Source: Eledone cirrhosa
Taxonomy: Eukaryota
NCBI GenBank assembly: GCA_964016885.1
Contig: OZ024757.1
Coordinates: 7,254,001-7,318,000, forward strand
DNA length: 64,000 nt
Direction of reading: 5' to 3'
The notes under the pieces were generated by a model. That model did not search any database. It was not told the DNA's origin and was given only the letters and a program-made list of their open reading frames with translations. Position numbers and translations under genes: made by a program. Shown here piece after piece: positions 27,855 to 40,650 of the stretch (position 1 is its first letter; the number at the start of each line of letters is the position of its first letter).

Positions 27855-28053
27855 GGCGCCATGGAAAACAGCACCCAGCACTCACTGTAAATGAGGTTGG
27901 TGTTAGGAAGGGCATCCAGCTGTAGAGATCAAGCCAGAATCAGTTCCCATATGAGCAAGATATGGTCACCCGACCTGGCACTGCCCCCAACAGGAGAACC
28001 CGTCTAACCCATGCTAGCATAGAAGAATGGACGTAAAACGGTGATGATGATGA
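27855..28053 (+). mobile_element. RTE-type 3' tail fragment (LINE or partner SINE)
   Basis: CACCCAGCACTCACTGTAAATGAGGTTGGTGTTAGGAAGGGCATCCAGCTGTAGA ... GACGTAAAACGGTGATGATGATG. Confidence 0.8.
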
Positions 28054-28249
28054 TATGAGTTGTTACTGGTTCCAAGTTGTATCGTCCATTGCCTTTCTCT
28101 TGGACAACATCATATATACTGTACATAGTATATATATAATATATATATAGGGTGTATATACTGTGTATAGTGTATATATATAGTGTATATATGTTGTGGC
28201 GTCACTGGTGCCAAGCTGTATCAGCCATTGCCTTTACCTGGGACAACAT

Positions 28250-30147
28250 CATATATAGTGTGTATATATAGTGTATATGTACTGTACATGGTGTATATAT
28301 AATATATATATAGTGTATATATACTGTACATAGTGTATATATAATATATATATAGTGTATATATACTGTACATAGTGTATATATAATATATATATAGTGT
28401 ATATGTACTGTACAGAGTGTATATATAATATATATATAGTGTATATATACTGTACATAGTGTATATATAATATATATATAGTGTATATATATATTGTACA
28501 TAGTGTATATATAATATATATATAGTGTATATATACTGTACATAGTGTATATATAATATATATATAGTGTATATATACTGTACATAGTGTATATATAATA
28601 TATATATAGTGTATATATACTGTACATAGTGTATATATAATATATATATAGTGTATATATAATATATATATAGTGTATATATAGTGTACATAGTGTATAT
28701 ATAATATATATATAGTGTATATATAGTGTACATAGTGTATATATAATATATATATAGTGTATATATACTGTACATAGTGTATATATAATATATATATAGT
28801 GTATATATAATATATATATAGTGTATATATACTGTACATAGTGTATATATAATATAATATAGTGTATATATACTGTACATGGTGTATATATAATATATAT
28901 ATAGTGTATATATACTGTACATAGTGTATATATAATATATATATAGTGTATATATACTGTACACAGTGTATATATAATATATATATAGTGTATATGTACT
29001 GTACATGGTGTATATATAATATATATATAGTGTATATATACTGTACATAGTGTATATATAATATATATATAGTGTATATATACTGTACATAGTGTATATA
29101 TAATATATATATAGTGTATATATACTGTACACAGTGTATATATAATATATATATAGTGTATATATACTGTACATAGTGTATATATAATATATATATAGTG
29201 TATATATACTGTACATAGTGTATATATATGGTACATAGTGTATATATAATATATATATAGTGTATATATACTGTACATGGTGTATATATAATATATATAT
29301 AGTGTATATATACTGTACATAGTGTATATATATTGTACAGAGTGTATATATAATATATATATAGTGTATATATACTGTACACAGTGTATATATAATATAT
29401 ATATATATAGTGTATATATACTGTACATAGTGTATATATAATATATATATAGTGTATATATACTGTACATAGTGTATATATAATATATATATAGTGTATA
29501 TATACTGTACATAGTGTATATATAATATATATATAGTGTATATATACTGTACATAGTGTATATATAATATATATATAGTGTATATATACTGTACATAGTG
29601 TATATATAATATATATATAGTGTATATATACTGTACATAGTGTATATATACTGTACATAGTGTATATATAATATATATATAGTGTATATATACTGTATAT
29701 AGTGTATATATATATATATATATATAGTGTATATATAATATATATATACTGTATATATACTGTACATAGTGTATATATAATATATATATATACTGTACAT
29801 AGTGTATATATAATATATCTATAGTGTATATATACTGTACATAGTGTATATATAATATATATATATAGTGTATATATACTGTATATAGAGTATATATAAT
29901 ATATATAGTGTATATATAATATATATATATAGTGTATATATAATATATATATATAGTGTATATATATGGTACATAGTGTATATATAATATATATATAGTG
30001 TATATATACTGTACATAGTGTATATATAATATATATATAGTGTATATATACTGTACATAGTGTATATATAATATATATATAGTGTATATATACTGTACAT
30101 AGTGTATATATAATATATATATAGTGTATATATACTGTACATGGTGT
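28250..30147. repeat. 42-bp TA-rich minisatellite TAGTGTATATATAATATATATATAGTGTATATATACTGTACA
   Basis: Direct tandem array; source of the Y/I-rich ORFs. Confidence 0.96.
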
Positions 30148-30157
30148 ATAGTTTTTA

Positions 30158-30290
30158 ACTGGTTGAAATCCTTCACTCTCAGTTGAAGAGAGGTAGTCAC
30201 GGTTCTAGGACAGCATTCTTCACTGTACAAGATGTCATCTGGTGTACCACAGGGATCTGTTCTTGGACCCCTTTTGTTTGTTGCATATGT
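30158..30290 (+). mobile_element. CR1/L2/Jockey-group LINE RT fragment
   Basis: Translates WLKSF...SGVPQGSVLGPLLFVAYV with one stop. Confidence 0.75.
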
Positions 30291-30413
30291 AGTGGATAAA
30301 TGTATTCTTTTGTGGATGAATGATAAAAAGAATAATGTCAGAATTGTGATGTTGACAATGTTTATTTTACAATAACAATATTCACTTGTTGCTACATTGA
30401 ATATCGAGTAACA

Positions 30414-30665
30414 TTATAGAACCATCTAGGCAATAGAAGGAGCTGGTGTCCTGTGTCCACTTGCTACTTATTGCACCTGAGCATCGCCACATACAAAATC
30501 TACGTTCTTAGATAGCTTACCTCTAATCCCACTACATCTTTTATGTACCCATAGTTTGCATTTGGGACATAAAATGGAATGTCTACCTACTCCTTTGCTA
30601 CACACTGAACATAGCCATTTCCCAGAGGGCACCTGTGCCCTATTTTCCTTTCTACATACTAGAAT
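30414..30665 (-). mobile_element. RTE fragment covering the PHD-type insert
   Basis: Reverse complement matches 32190-32445 (GGAAATGGC..TGTGTAG..TTATGTCCCAAATGCAAA). Confidence 0.82.
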
Positions 30666-31097
30666 ATGTGTATGTAACTCAAATAGTGGTCCCCATCCTC
30701 ACTTTGGTCTCAAATAATTGTACCCCACCCTCGCTTTCATCTCAAATAATCTTCCCTCACTTTCATCTCAAATAATCTTCCCCCACCCTCACTTATTTAT
30801 TTTCCACCCCACTCTTGATTCATCCCCACCCTCTGTTTATTAAATTTTTCTTATCTCTGGTGAAATATTATTCAAAGTGGTTGCATTCCAGCGACAATTT
30901 TCTTTAGACATTAAAAAACATTTTACATGACATAAAAAGTGCATTACTAGAAATGCCATATGTTATAAAATAAACAAGATGGGTTGGGGTCACATTATGT
31001 AAACTAAATGACTAATTCTGGATTTTTATCTCTGGTGAAGTTTTACCGATTTTCCACACACCTCACGTTTCTTTCTGGGTCGATGTATTTAATATAG

Positions 31098-31468
31098 GAA
31101 AAGTACCCAGTCTACACTGTAAAGTGGTTGTGTAGTTGTCAGAACAAAAAGCACCCAGTCTACATTTTAAAGTGGTTGTGTAGGTGTCAGAACAAAAAGT
31201 GCCCAGTCCACAGTGTAAAGTGGTTGTGTAGCTGTCATGACAAAAAGTGTCCAGTCCACACTGTAAAGTGGTTGTGTAGGTGTCAGAACAAAAAGTGCCC
31301 AGCATACACTGTAAATATGGTTGACATTAGGAAGGACATCCCTCCGTGTAAACAAAGACAGAAACAGTTCTGTATGAGCAAAACATGGTCACCTGACCGA
31401 AATTGCTTCAAATGGGACAACCCGTCAAACCCATGCTACCTTGGAAAATGGCCGTTAAATGATAACGA
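31098..31468 (+). mobile_element. RTE 3'UTR fragment with 48-bp tandem repeats
   Basis: CCCAGTC(C/T)ACACTGTAAAGTGGTTGTGTAG-type unit x4-5, then AGGAAGGACATCC and a GTTAAATGAT tail. Confidence 0.78.
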
Positions 31469-31499
31469 TATATTTATGTAAATGAATTTTTTTTTCTTT

Positions 31500-31812
31500 T
31501 ACGCCTGGGAGTGAAAGGCCTCCAGTTGTTGTGACAACCTTCTAGGAGAAGGAAACTCTGAAAGAAAACCTGCGGCTTAGGAAACATCCGATGATGTTGA
31601 TCAGTTCTCCTTTTTGGGTAGCGTTTTTGATGTTCAGAGAGTGGGATTGGTTGAGTGCAAGGCCTTTCCCCACTTAAAAAACCTTCAAAGCACAGGCATT
31701 GCTTGTTCAGGATATGTTATAAGTTTGTATGGCTGGCCGTAGCCTAAAAGTGGACCAAATTCTATAATGTGACAAGTGATTGCAAAACTCTTAGCAGAGT
31801 TTTCAGCCTTCA
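31500..31812 (+). mobile_element. Diverged relative of the 4627-5236 element (middle part)
   Basis: Shares, in order, TCTAGGAGAAGGAAA(A)CTCTGA, GATGTTGA, AGAGAGTGGGA, GCACAGGCATTGCTT and AGAGTTTTCA. Confidence 0.65.
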
Positions 31813-31984
31813 CATGTATATATAGAGATAAAATGTGGTTGGTGTTAGGAAGGGCATCCAACTGTAGAAAACCTGCCAGATACGAGTGAGATACGGTCAC
31901 CCGATCAATGAAATGGGACAATTCCCATCTAACCCATGTTAGCATGGCAGACGTTTAATGATGATGAAGATACATATAAATATG

Positions 31985-32049
<65 letters not shown>

Positions 32050-32070
32050 ATATGTATATATGTACATATA

Positions 32071-33380
32071 ACGTCTGATGATCTAACGCTCATAGCTGAA
32101 TCAATGGCCGAGCTAGAGAAGAAATTCCAAACATGGAAGCACGGCCTAGAATCAAAAGGCTTTAAAATTAACCTGGCTAAGACTAAAGTTCTAGTTTGTA
32201 GGAAAGAAAATAAGGCGCCGCTCCCCTCCGGGAAATGGCCATGCTCAGTGTGTAGGAAAGGCGTAGGTAGAAACTCCATTTTATGTCCCAAATGCAAAGT
32301 ATGGGTGCATAAAAGATGTAGTGGGATCACAGGTAAGCTAACTAAGAACACAGATTTTACATGTGGCCGGTGCTCTGGTGAAATACGTAGCAGCAAGTGC
32401 CCACAAAATACTAACTCTTTCAATTGCGCAGAGGGTTCTATAGAAATAGTGGACAGCTTCCGTTACCTGGGTGACAAAATCAGCAGTGGGGGAGGGTGCT
32501 CTGAAAGTACAGTAGCTAGAGTCAGAACTGGATGGAAAAAGTTCAGAGAGCTTATACCACTATTAGCCGCTAAAGGGTTCTCCCTAAAACTGAAAGGCAG
32601 GTTGTATGATGCCTGCATACGAACAGCAATGTTGCATGGCAGTGAGACCTGGGCATTGTGTGCAGAGGATGTACGCAGACTAGAGAGGAACGAAGCTTGC
32701 ATGCTCCGCTGGATGTGTAATAGTAATATACGCGAACGGCAAAGCATAAACGAACTAAGGAAAAAATTAGAAATAAGAGGGATCAGATGTTGTTTACTCG
32801 AGAGAAGGCTACGTTGGTATGGTCACGTGATGCACATGAAAGACGACAGCTGTATAACAAAGTGCAGGGCAATAAAGATAGATGGTAGCCACGGAGTAGG
32901 CAGACCCAGGAAAACCTGGGTAGAGCTGATAAATTCCGACCTCACGCACTTACACCTCTCCAAGACAATGTCACTGGACCGAGACCTTTGGCGGTACTCA
33001 GTAACAGAGAAGACCCGCCTTACCTAAATACAAAGTAAAACCTACTAGTCAGTAGGCATCTCTAACAAAATACACCCCCGTCCCACCCCAACCACACCGC
33101 CCCCTTCAATGCAAAGTTATGTTGGTGCCACAACATCCAGGCCGAAACAAACGAGATCGTGTAGGTGTCACGACAAAAAAACACACAGTCCACGCTGTAA
33201 ATGTGGCCGTGTAGGCAACACGGTAAAAACCTCCCAGTCCCACACTGTTAGGCATCCAGCTGTAGAAAACCCGCCAGACAGTCCTATGCGAGCAAGACAA
33301 CCACTCTTGCCTCAAGTGGGAAAACCACCGTCCAAACCCATGCAAGCGTGGAACAGGGACGTTAAACGATGATGATGATG
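32071..33380 (+). mobile_element. Young 5'-truncated RTE LINE; open RT C-terminal frame with C4HC3 insert
   Basis: Uninterrupted frame from DDLTLIAES through FRYLG, MLHGSETW and GRPRKTW to the stop at 33027; (GAT)n tail; both ends in TA microsatellite. Confidence 0.95.
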
Positions 33381-33382
33381 AT

Positions 33383-33920
33383 ATGTATGTATATATATAT
33401 ATGTATATATGTACATATATTTATGTATATATATGTATATATATATATGTAAGTATATATATATGTATATATATGTATGTATATATATATGTATATATGT
33501 ACATATATATGTATGTATATATGTACATATATATGTATGTATATGTATGTATATATATGTATATATGTACATATATATGTATGTATATATATGTATATAT
33601 GTATGTATATATATGTATATATATATGTATATATATGTATATATATATGTATATATGTACATATATATATATATATATGTATATACGTGTATATATATGT
33701 ATATATGTACATATATATATGTATTTGTGCATATATATATATATTTACATATATATATATGTATTTATGTATATATATATATATTTGTACATATATATAT
33801 ATGTATATATTTGTACATATATATATATATGTATATATATAAGTGTATATATATACATATGAATATATGTGTATATATATATACATATGAATATATTTAT
33901 ATATGTTTATATGTATATAT
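33383..33920. repeat. Compound TA/TATG microsatellite
   Basis: Low-complexity repeat. Confidence 0.93.
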
Positions 33921-34858
33921 CATCATCATTGAAGACACTCGAAATAGAAACTGATACAGGGTAGAGAGAGCTCTTAAGTCCAGTAAAATAACCTCTCTAG
34001 TGCCAATACACCCAGTCCTTGCTGTAAAGGGGTTGAGGAGAGGAAGGGCATCCAACCAGAATAGAAAAAAAACAAGGCCAAAATTATGGAAAGCCCTGCA
34101 AATAAAGTTCCCACTAATTGTGTCTACAGGACTAACACATGTCATGTTGGTGGGGTGCCTAGGGTAGCCATGTGTGAGCATCCTTTGACTCTTATCAAGC
34201 AATTGCACAGCATTTTCCCCTTCCATGTAGAAAGAACTGTTACTCAAGGAACTGTCAAGTTACACATCTCAGGTCTCAGACAATTACCATGTTAGAATGT
34301 CATATAAGAATGTTCTTGGGTAAAGGCTATAGGGCAGACCTCCCAAGAGTTAGAAGGATAACATTTACAGAGCTTGCTGGAATACCACTGCTCACATTGG
34401 AGAGAATAACTCTGGAGAGGAAAGTTGATATCTACAATTTATCAATATAGAAATAGAAATTTCCAATGTTAAATCTATCTCTGCTTCTAAAGTATTCTTT
34501 ATTATCTCATACTGTTTCTTTCTTATTTCAGAATACCAGATGACATTGGGATATATTTACTCTTTAATCTTGAATACATCCCCTCTATTTATCATTATTC
34601 CAAGACTAAATATTTTGATACAGAATTCATATAACACTGTTTATATAAATCTATTGCAGAATTACTGTGAAATATTTCCTCAGAACTGTCTTTCTTGGAA
34701 AAATATTGTTTTGTCACCATCTGAAATATTTACAAGATGATTTTGAATCTTAACTAAACTTGGATCAGAAAGAAGTTTGCATCATCTTCAGATCTTGACT
34801 GAGGTCACAGTTGCTGGAAATATTGCAGAAGAAATATCATCAGGAATAAAATATATAA

Positions 34859-35296
<438 letters not shown>

Positions 35297-35995
35297 AGTA
35301 GTTTAACTAGACACAAATATACCCATACAGGTGAGAAACCATAACAAAGTCATATCTCATTGTCTCAAAATGGTGAATTAATTACACACAAATACATTTA
35401 TATGAGTGAGAAGCCATAACACTATGATATTGGGGAGAAATTATTCTCTTTCATTGCTACATTTACATACAAACATATATATACTGGAGAAAAGCCATAT
35501 CACTGTAATATTTGTGGTAAATTATTAACTATGAAAGCTCACTTAACTAGATACAAACATATACATACAGGAGAGAAACCATATCACTGTGATATCTGTG
35601 GGAAATCATTCTCTGAAATAAGTCATTCACTTGGCACTAACATTTACAGAAAAGAAACCATATCACTGTGATGTCTGTGACAAATCATACTCTAAATGTT
35701 GTGGCTTCACTACACACTAACATATACAGGAGAGGAACCACATCACTGTGATGTCTATGATAAATCATACTCTAAATGTTGTGGCATCTCTATACATGAA
35801 CATCTACATACCGGAAAGGAACCATATCACTGTGATGTCTGTGGTAAATTATTTTCTAAATGTTGTCTTCACTAGACACTAACATATACAGGAGAGGAAC
35901 CATATCACTGTGATGTATGTGGTAAATCATTCTCTTGTAAAGGTTACTTAATGCATCACAAACACATTCAGACTAGATAAAAACCATATCACTCA
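35297..35995 (+). pseudogene. Decayed zinc-finger units in the ZNF-B 3'UTR
   Basis: Repeated AACCATATCACTGTGATGTCTGTG-like motifs at 78-84 bp spacing, with stops. Confidence 0.85.
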
Positions 35996-36290
35996 CCCGA
36001 AATAATGCCACCAATGTTGTTAATGTTTTGAATAAAACGTGTTTATTCTGAAATTATTCTCCTTTAATTTTATTTGTAGAAGTTGTAACCAAGACTTGTG
36101 CTGACAAAACTGTACGATACAGAATTTACAAACACTATATATATATATATATATAGTAATAATAATAATAAATGGGAAGAATAAAATCCGAAGAGGGCTC
36201 GATAAGGATAAATATATATCAAATACATAAAAACCATAGAAGAAAGATTTATTAAAATAACAGATTAAAGTTTAAGCAAAGAATATATAT

Positions 36291-36736
36291 ACTAGACCTG
36301 AAAAATGCGCAAGCTTAAAAGGGCCACAGAATGTTATAATAAACCTTCAAAAGTGTGGGACTAGAGTTGTTGCTCAAAAATATTGTAATCATTATCTATC
36401 GTACACTCTGTGGCACCCTTTTATAAAAAAGAGACTCATAACGAACTCAAGATGACACGATAATTATTTAAGCTAATGTTCAATATCTCATATTAGATGT
36501 TTAGTAATGATTAATACAAAATGCACTTAAACCAAATTCTATATTATATATTCACTTAAATAATTATTGTGTTGTCTTAAGTTCGTTATGAGTCTCTTTT
36601 TTATAAAAGGATGCCACAGAGTGTACGATAGATAATGGTTACAATATTTTTGAGCAACAACTCTAGTCTCACACTTTTGAAGGTTTATTATAACATTCTG
36701 TGGCTCTTTTGAGCTTGCGCATTTTTCAGGTCTAGT
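36291..36736. mobile_element. Foldback MITE with ~180-bp inverted arms
   Basis: ACTAGACCTGAAAAATGCGCAAGCT / AGCTTGCGCATTTTTCAGGTCTAGT; arms 36291-36471 and 36555-36736. No convincing TSD. Confidence 0.8.
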
Positions 36737-37042
36737 TTAATATTTTTTTAAGGCAACGCATGTAATAACTCTAGTTAAACATGATATATATTAATAATAA
36801 ATTATAGTTGTAATGTAATTAGATTATATAATTGTTATTTTATAAATGATCTTATAAATATTATTGTAAGATGTATTGAAATATTTTCAGACTTTTAATA
36901 TAAACAACTACAAAAAACAATCAATATTAAATAAATATATTTTACATAATAATGATTATAGTTGAATTAATAAAAATTAAATATTACACACAAATAGATT
37001 ATTTTTTTATTATTATGTTAGACTATTTGTGTGTAATATTTA

Positions 37043-37264
37043 ATTTCGTTATAACATGCTTATATTATTGGTTGTATATATGTCCATATTATTGTTCGTT
37101 TTATGTTAGATTATTTTATTATTATTATGTTAGATTATTTTTTTATTATTATGTTAGACTAACATAATAATAATAAAATAATCTAACATAAAACGAACAA
37201 TAATATGGACATATATACAAGTAAATATGATACAACCAATAATATAAGCATGTTATAACGAAAT
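37043..37264. repeat. AT-rich palindrome with 1-nt centre
   Basis: Centre GTTAG-A-CTAAC at 37158; arms match out to ATTTCGTTATAACATGC / GCATGTTATAACGAAAT, with small indels. Confidence 0.85.
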
Positions 37265-38080
37265 GAAAAAAAATAGTTAATATAAATTTAAAAAATCATA
37301 TATAAATTAACAATATAGCTTAACAAAACGAGAAAAATATTTTGATGATAAACGACGAAATACAGGAGGAAGATTCAAAAGCGAAACGATAAATAAGCGT
37401 GCAAACAAAGTAGCGGATGCTTTTGAGCAACAATTACTCTCATTGGTTGATTAGCCAATAAGACGATGAAATTAGCCAGTAAGACGATACATTACAAAAC
37501 ATATTTGGGAGGGATGACCACAGACAGCGAAACCCCTTGAATTTTTTATTCACAAGCTACGCATATATGTCAGACACGCAAACTTAAAACATTCTGTTTT
37601 TAGCCATTGCGTATCTAACAGATATATTTATGAGTGTATATGTATGTGTGTGGAAATTTCTGTCCATGAATATGATTGTATCTTTATTTGTGTATATGTA
37701 TATCTATATGTGAGTATGTATATGTACGTGTGTATAATTATGTGTATCTGTCTGTACGTATGTGTATGTGTATATATGTGTTTTTATATACATGTGTGCA
37801 CATCTGGATATATTTTCAGTGTCTGTTCTAGCTCTCTCAGTACAAATCCCACTGACGTGAAGCTACTTATATATTTTGAGGTCCATAAATGAAATACCAG
37901 TGAAATACTGAGGTTGATTCTTCCTGTTTGTCATTGACTGTCTGTCTACTCTTCTCCCTCTCTCTCTCTATATATATGAGCGCAACACTTGCCTCTAAAT
38001 TGGACAAACCCGTCCAACCCATGATAGCGTGGGTTAGACGATGATGATGATATCTAGGGATTGTAACATTATTACCACAA

Positions 38081-38170
38081 CAGAAGTCTGATGAGCTATT
38101 GATTTTAGAGTCAGGCTAGATCGAACCTTGAACTGATCAATAGCAAAACGTGCCTCACTGCTCAATAAAC
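38081..38170 (+). ncRNA. Degenerate hammerhead-like relic in a probable Penelope terminal fragment
   Basis: CTGATGA at 38088, perfect 9-bp stem GCTATTGAT/ATCAATAGC, then AAAAC in place of GAAAC; AATAAA downstream. Stems I and III unclear. Confidence 0.5.
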
Positions 38171-38254
38171 GTAATGAAGACATGACAGACCTTCCTTTAT
38201 ATATATGTATATATACACATATATATTTCTATTGGTGCTTTAAGATAGTGACGT

Positions 38255-38645
38255 ATATAGGAATGTATGTATTGTATATTTAACAATATACTGTATGTTT
38301 AGTTAAAAACACTTTGAAGGCCTTTTGCTATGAGTTTAAGGTATTGACTATAGTCACACACCTGGCTTCAGCAAAGCCAAAGGGAAATAACCAACGATTG
38401 TTTCTCACTTTTTAATGGTTATCAAGGTTATATATCCCCTATTTTTGCTGTGAGCTGTAGAAGGTGGATTCTTATAGAATTCCAATTATGTTTATGTGCT
38501 GTTTAAACTCATTAACATACAGGTTGCCTGAAGCTAGCTATGTGACGTCTGTCAATACCTTAAATTCATAGCGCAGGGCCTTCAAAATGTTTTTAGATAA
38601 ACATACAGTATATTATTAAATATACAATACCTACATTCATATATA
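38255..38645. mobile_element. Older foldback MITE, ~115-bp imperfect arms
   Basis: GAATGTATGTATTGTATATTTAACAATATACTGTATGTTTA / TAAACATACAGTATATTATTAAATATACAATACCTACATTC. Confidence 0.72.
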
Positions 38646-39237
38646 TATAAAACTGAGGGTCTGTCTGTGTGTGTGTGAATCCCTAAAACTCGAGAAGTAC
38701 CCAACTGATTCTTTTCAAACTTTACATGTGTATTACTTATATTTCACGGAGTGTTATGCACATTAAAAAATTCAACTTTTTGATCACCTAGGGCCCGCAG
38801 TAGGTGAAAAACATTTTTAAGCTTTTTAATTTTTTTTTAGGCGTTATGTCAGACTGATTTACTTGAAATTGTAACTATGTATTAGTCAGTCTCTTCTTCA
38901 TACCGTGAGCAAAGAAAATCCAACTTTTTTATGGCCTAGGGCCCATATTAGGTGAAAAACTTCATTTTTTTCAGCTTCTTGGAGGCATTACGTCTAGCTG
39001 ATTTTCCCGAAATTTCAAGGCATATTATGCACATAAAAAAAATTCATCCCCTAGGGCCTGCATTAGGTAAAAACTTGCATTTTTCATGCTTCATCGAGGA
39101 AAATTTATCCAGCCATCAGAGTATTCGGTTTATTTTCTTTACATATTGTCCAGGCAGCAGTTTTTCCACGATTAGGTCTGTTGGCGGCCCGCGTTCCAAA
39201 ATACCTTATCCCATGAAACGCCGGGTACCACTGCTAG
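38637..39237 (+). mobile_element. Non-autonomous Helitron
   Basis: 5' TC..ATATATAAAA followed by a GTCT/GT microsatellite; 3' CCC..GGG hairpin remnant (39210-39225), then CTAG|T; no TSD. Confidence 0.78.
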
Positions 39238-39789
39238 TATGTATATACACTTAAGAAAATTAACAAATTGAGGACCAGACAAATGAAAACACGGCAAAAC
39301 GAAAAACCATTTTTTTAAGGGGAAACCGTAAAAAATAATTTTTTGAAAATGAAAATACAAATGAAAAACACAGAACTCCAGGTTCATCAGCTGTTGAGAT
39401 GGACCTTGCCAGTTTCAACCCCTACCAATGGTCCTGCTTGTACACCCGGGGTGAGAGGAGGTCACATATTAAAATACGCTCCTCAGATCTCACACCATCT
39501 GCAGTTTCAATCTGAGATTACTGCAAAGAATGGGAGGCTCGAAACAATGGAGAAATAAATATCTTCGTTAGTACCCATTCTATTTCTTCAAGTCAACTCA
39601 CAGCCGCTGATTTCTGTCCTTCGAGGTAATGTTTTACCCAACACCACTTCGATGGTATTTTACTGTTTTAACAACTTCCTTATGCTGAGTTTTTCTACTT
39701 TCTTACAAATTCTAATACACTGGCGTTTCAAAACTCGATATCCAAGTTAATATTCTTTTTATATATATATATATATGTATATATTGAGA

Positions 39790-40082
39790 GCGGGTAAACT
39801 TCCCGAGATCCATGGACGAGTTCTCTCCAGCGGACTCTCTCTCTCTCCCTCATCATCGCTGCCATCTCCTGCGTCTCCAAGAGACCAGTGTCTGTCCTTA
39901 GCGCATCAATATATGTCAACCTCGGTCTCCATCTTCTAGTGTGTCCGTGCAGGGGCTCCCACAGGAGCAGTGAGTGCAGTGTCAACTCTGAATGTCGGTG
40001 AGTATGTCCAGTTAACCTCAGTCTCCTCTGTGTTACTTTTGAGGTGACTTTAGGGAGGTTCCCATACAGCTCTGAGTTCTTC
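39790..40082 (-). mobile_element. RTE 3'-end fragment related to the 19365-23240 family
   Basis: LYGNLPKVTSKVTQRRLRLTGH...LLLWEP...RPRLTYIDAL..DTGL. Confidence 0.85.
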
Positions 40083-40319
40083 ATATATATATATATATAT
40101 ATATATACTGTTATACTTGGGGAGGGTCATATTGTTATAATATTGCGAGAAATAATAACAGAACACACTCACTGTTTGGTTTGGGTTGGTTTTCGCTTCT
40201 GTGTCTTTTATATCGCCATAGTTAATTTATCTGGCAATCAAAGTTTATTATTGACTGACCAACAGTTAAAAATACAGATGTAAATATATATATATATAGT
40301 CTATCGAAGTTCTTTCGAC

Positions 40320-40650
40320 ACATATCCGTGGCTCCCGATTCTGTCTCTTTGGTTGTAGCCAGAGAACTGCATGCAGTTGATGAAGTGTTGGATGTGTCTT
40401 TCCATTTCAGTTGGCTCACACATGCGGGACACATTCTTCATCACTCTTACCAACTCTGCAATCAGAATATTAAACTTGGCACTATTGGACATTGCTGAGG
40501 TTTTTAGTATCAGGTATTTGGAGGCCATGGGTTTAGCATAATGTGAGTGGAGAATTTGGGCCCTCTTGTCTGTAGTGTTTAACCACAGTTCCGTGTCTAA
40601 TAGTGGTAGTCTATTGATAGGGTGTTTGGAAAGGTAGTCACACATTCTAT
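40320..40650 (-). mobile_element. Penelope-like RT thumb fragment
   Basis: RLPLLDTELW..ILHSHYAKPMASKYLI..SAM..K..ILIAELVRVMKN..F..MQFSGY follows the PLE LPFLD / Y.KP / SGY pattern. Confidence 0.75.

Noticed and set aside
26422-28250. CRISPR-like repeat/spacer pattern
   Set aside because: The repeat is a SINE tail, the spacers are related TA microsatellites of unequal length, there are no cas genes and the context is eukaryotic.
28202-30230. Y/I-rich ORFs here and at 10223-11259 and 33312-33954
   Set aside because: TA-rich tandem-repeat artefacts.
30288-30396. Tiny solo LTR (TGTAG...CTACA)
   Set aside because: No TSD and no second copy; 5-bp inverted ends can arise by chance.
36310-36330. 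Histone-like stem-loop in the 36291 MITE arms
   Set aside because: Only half the motif (GGCCCTTTTAAG or GGCTCTTTTTGAGC); the 6-bp stem and trailing ACC are not formed.
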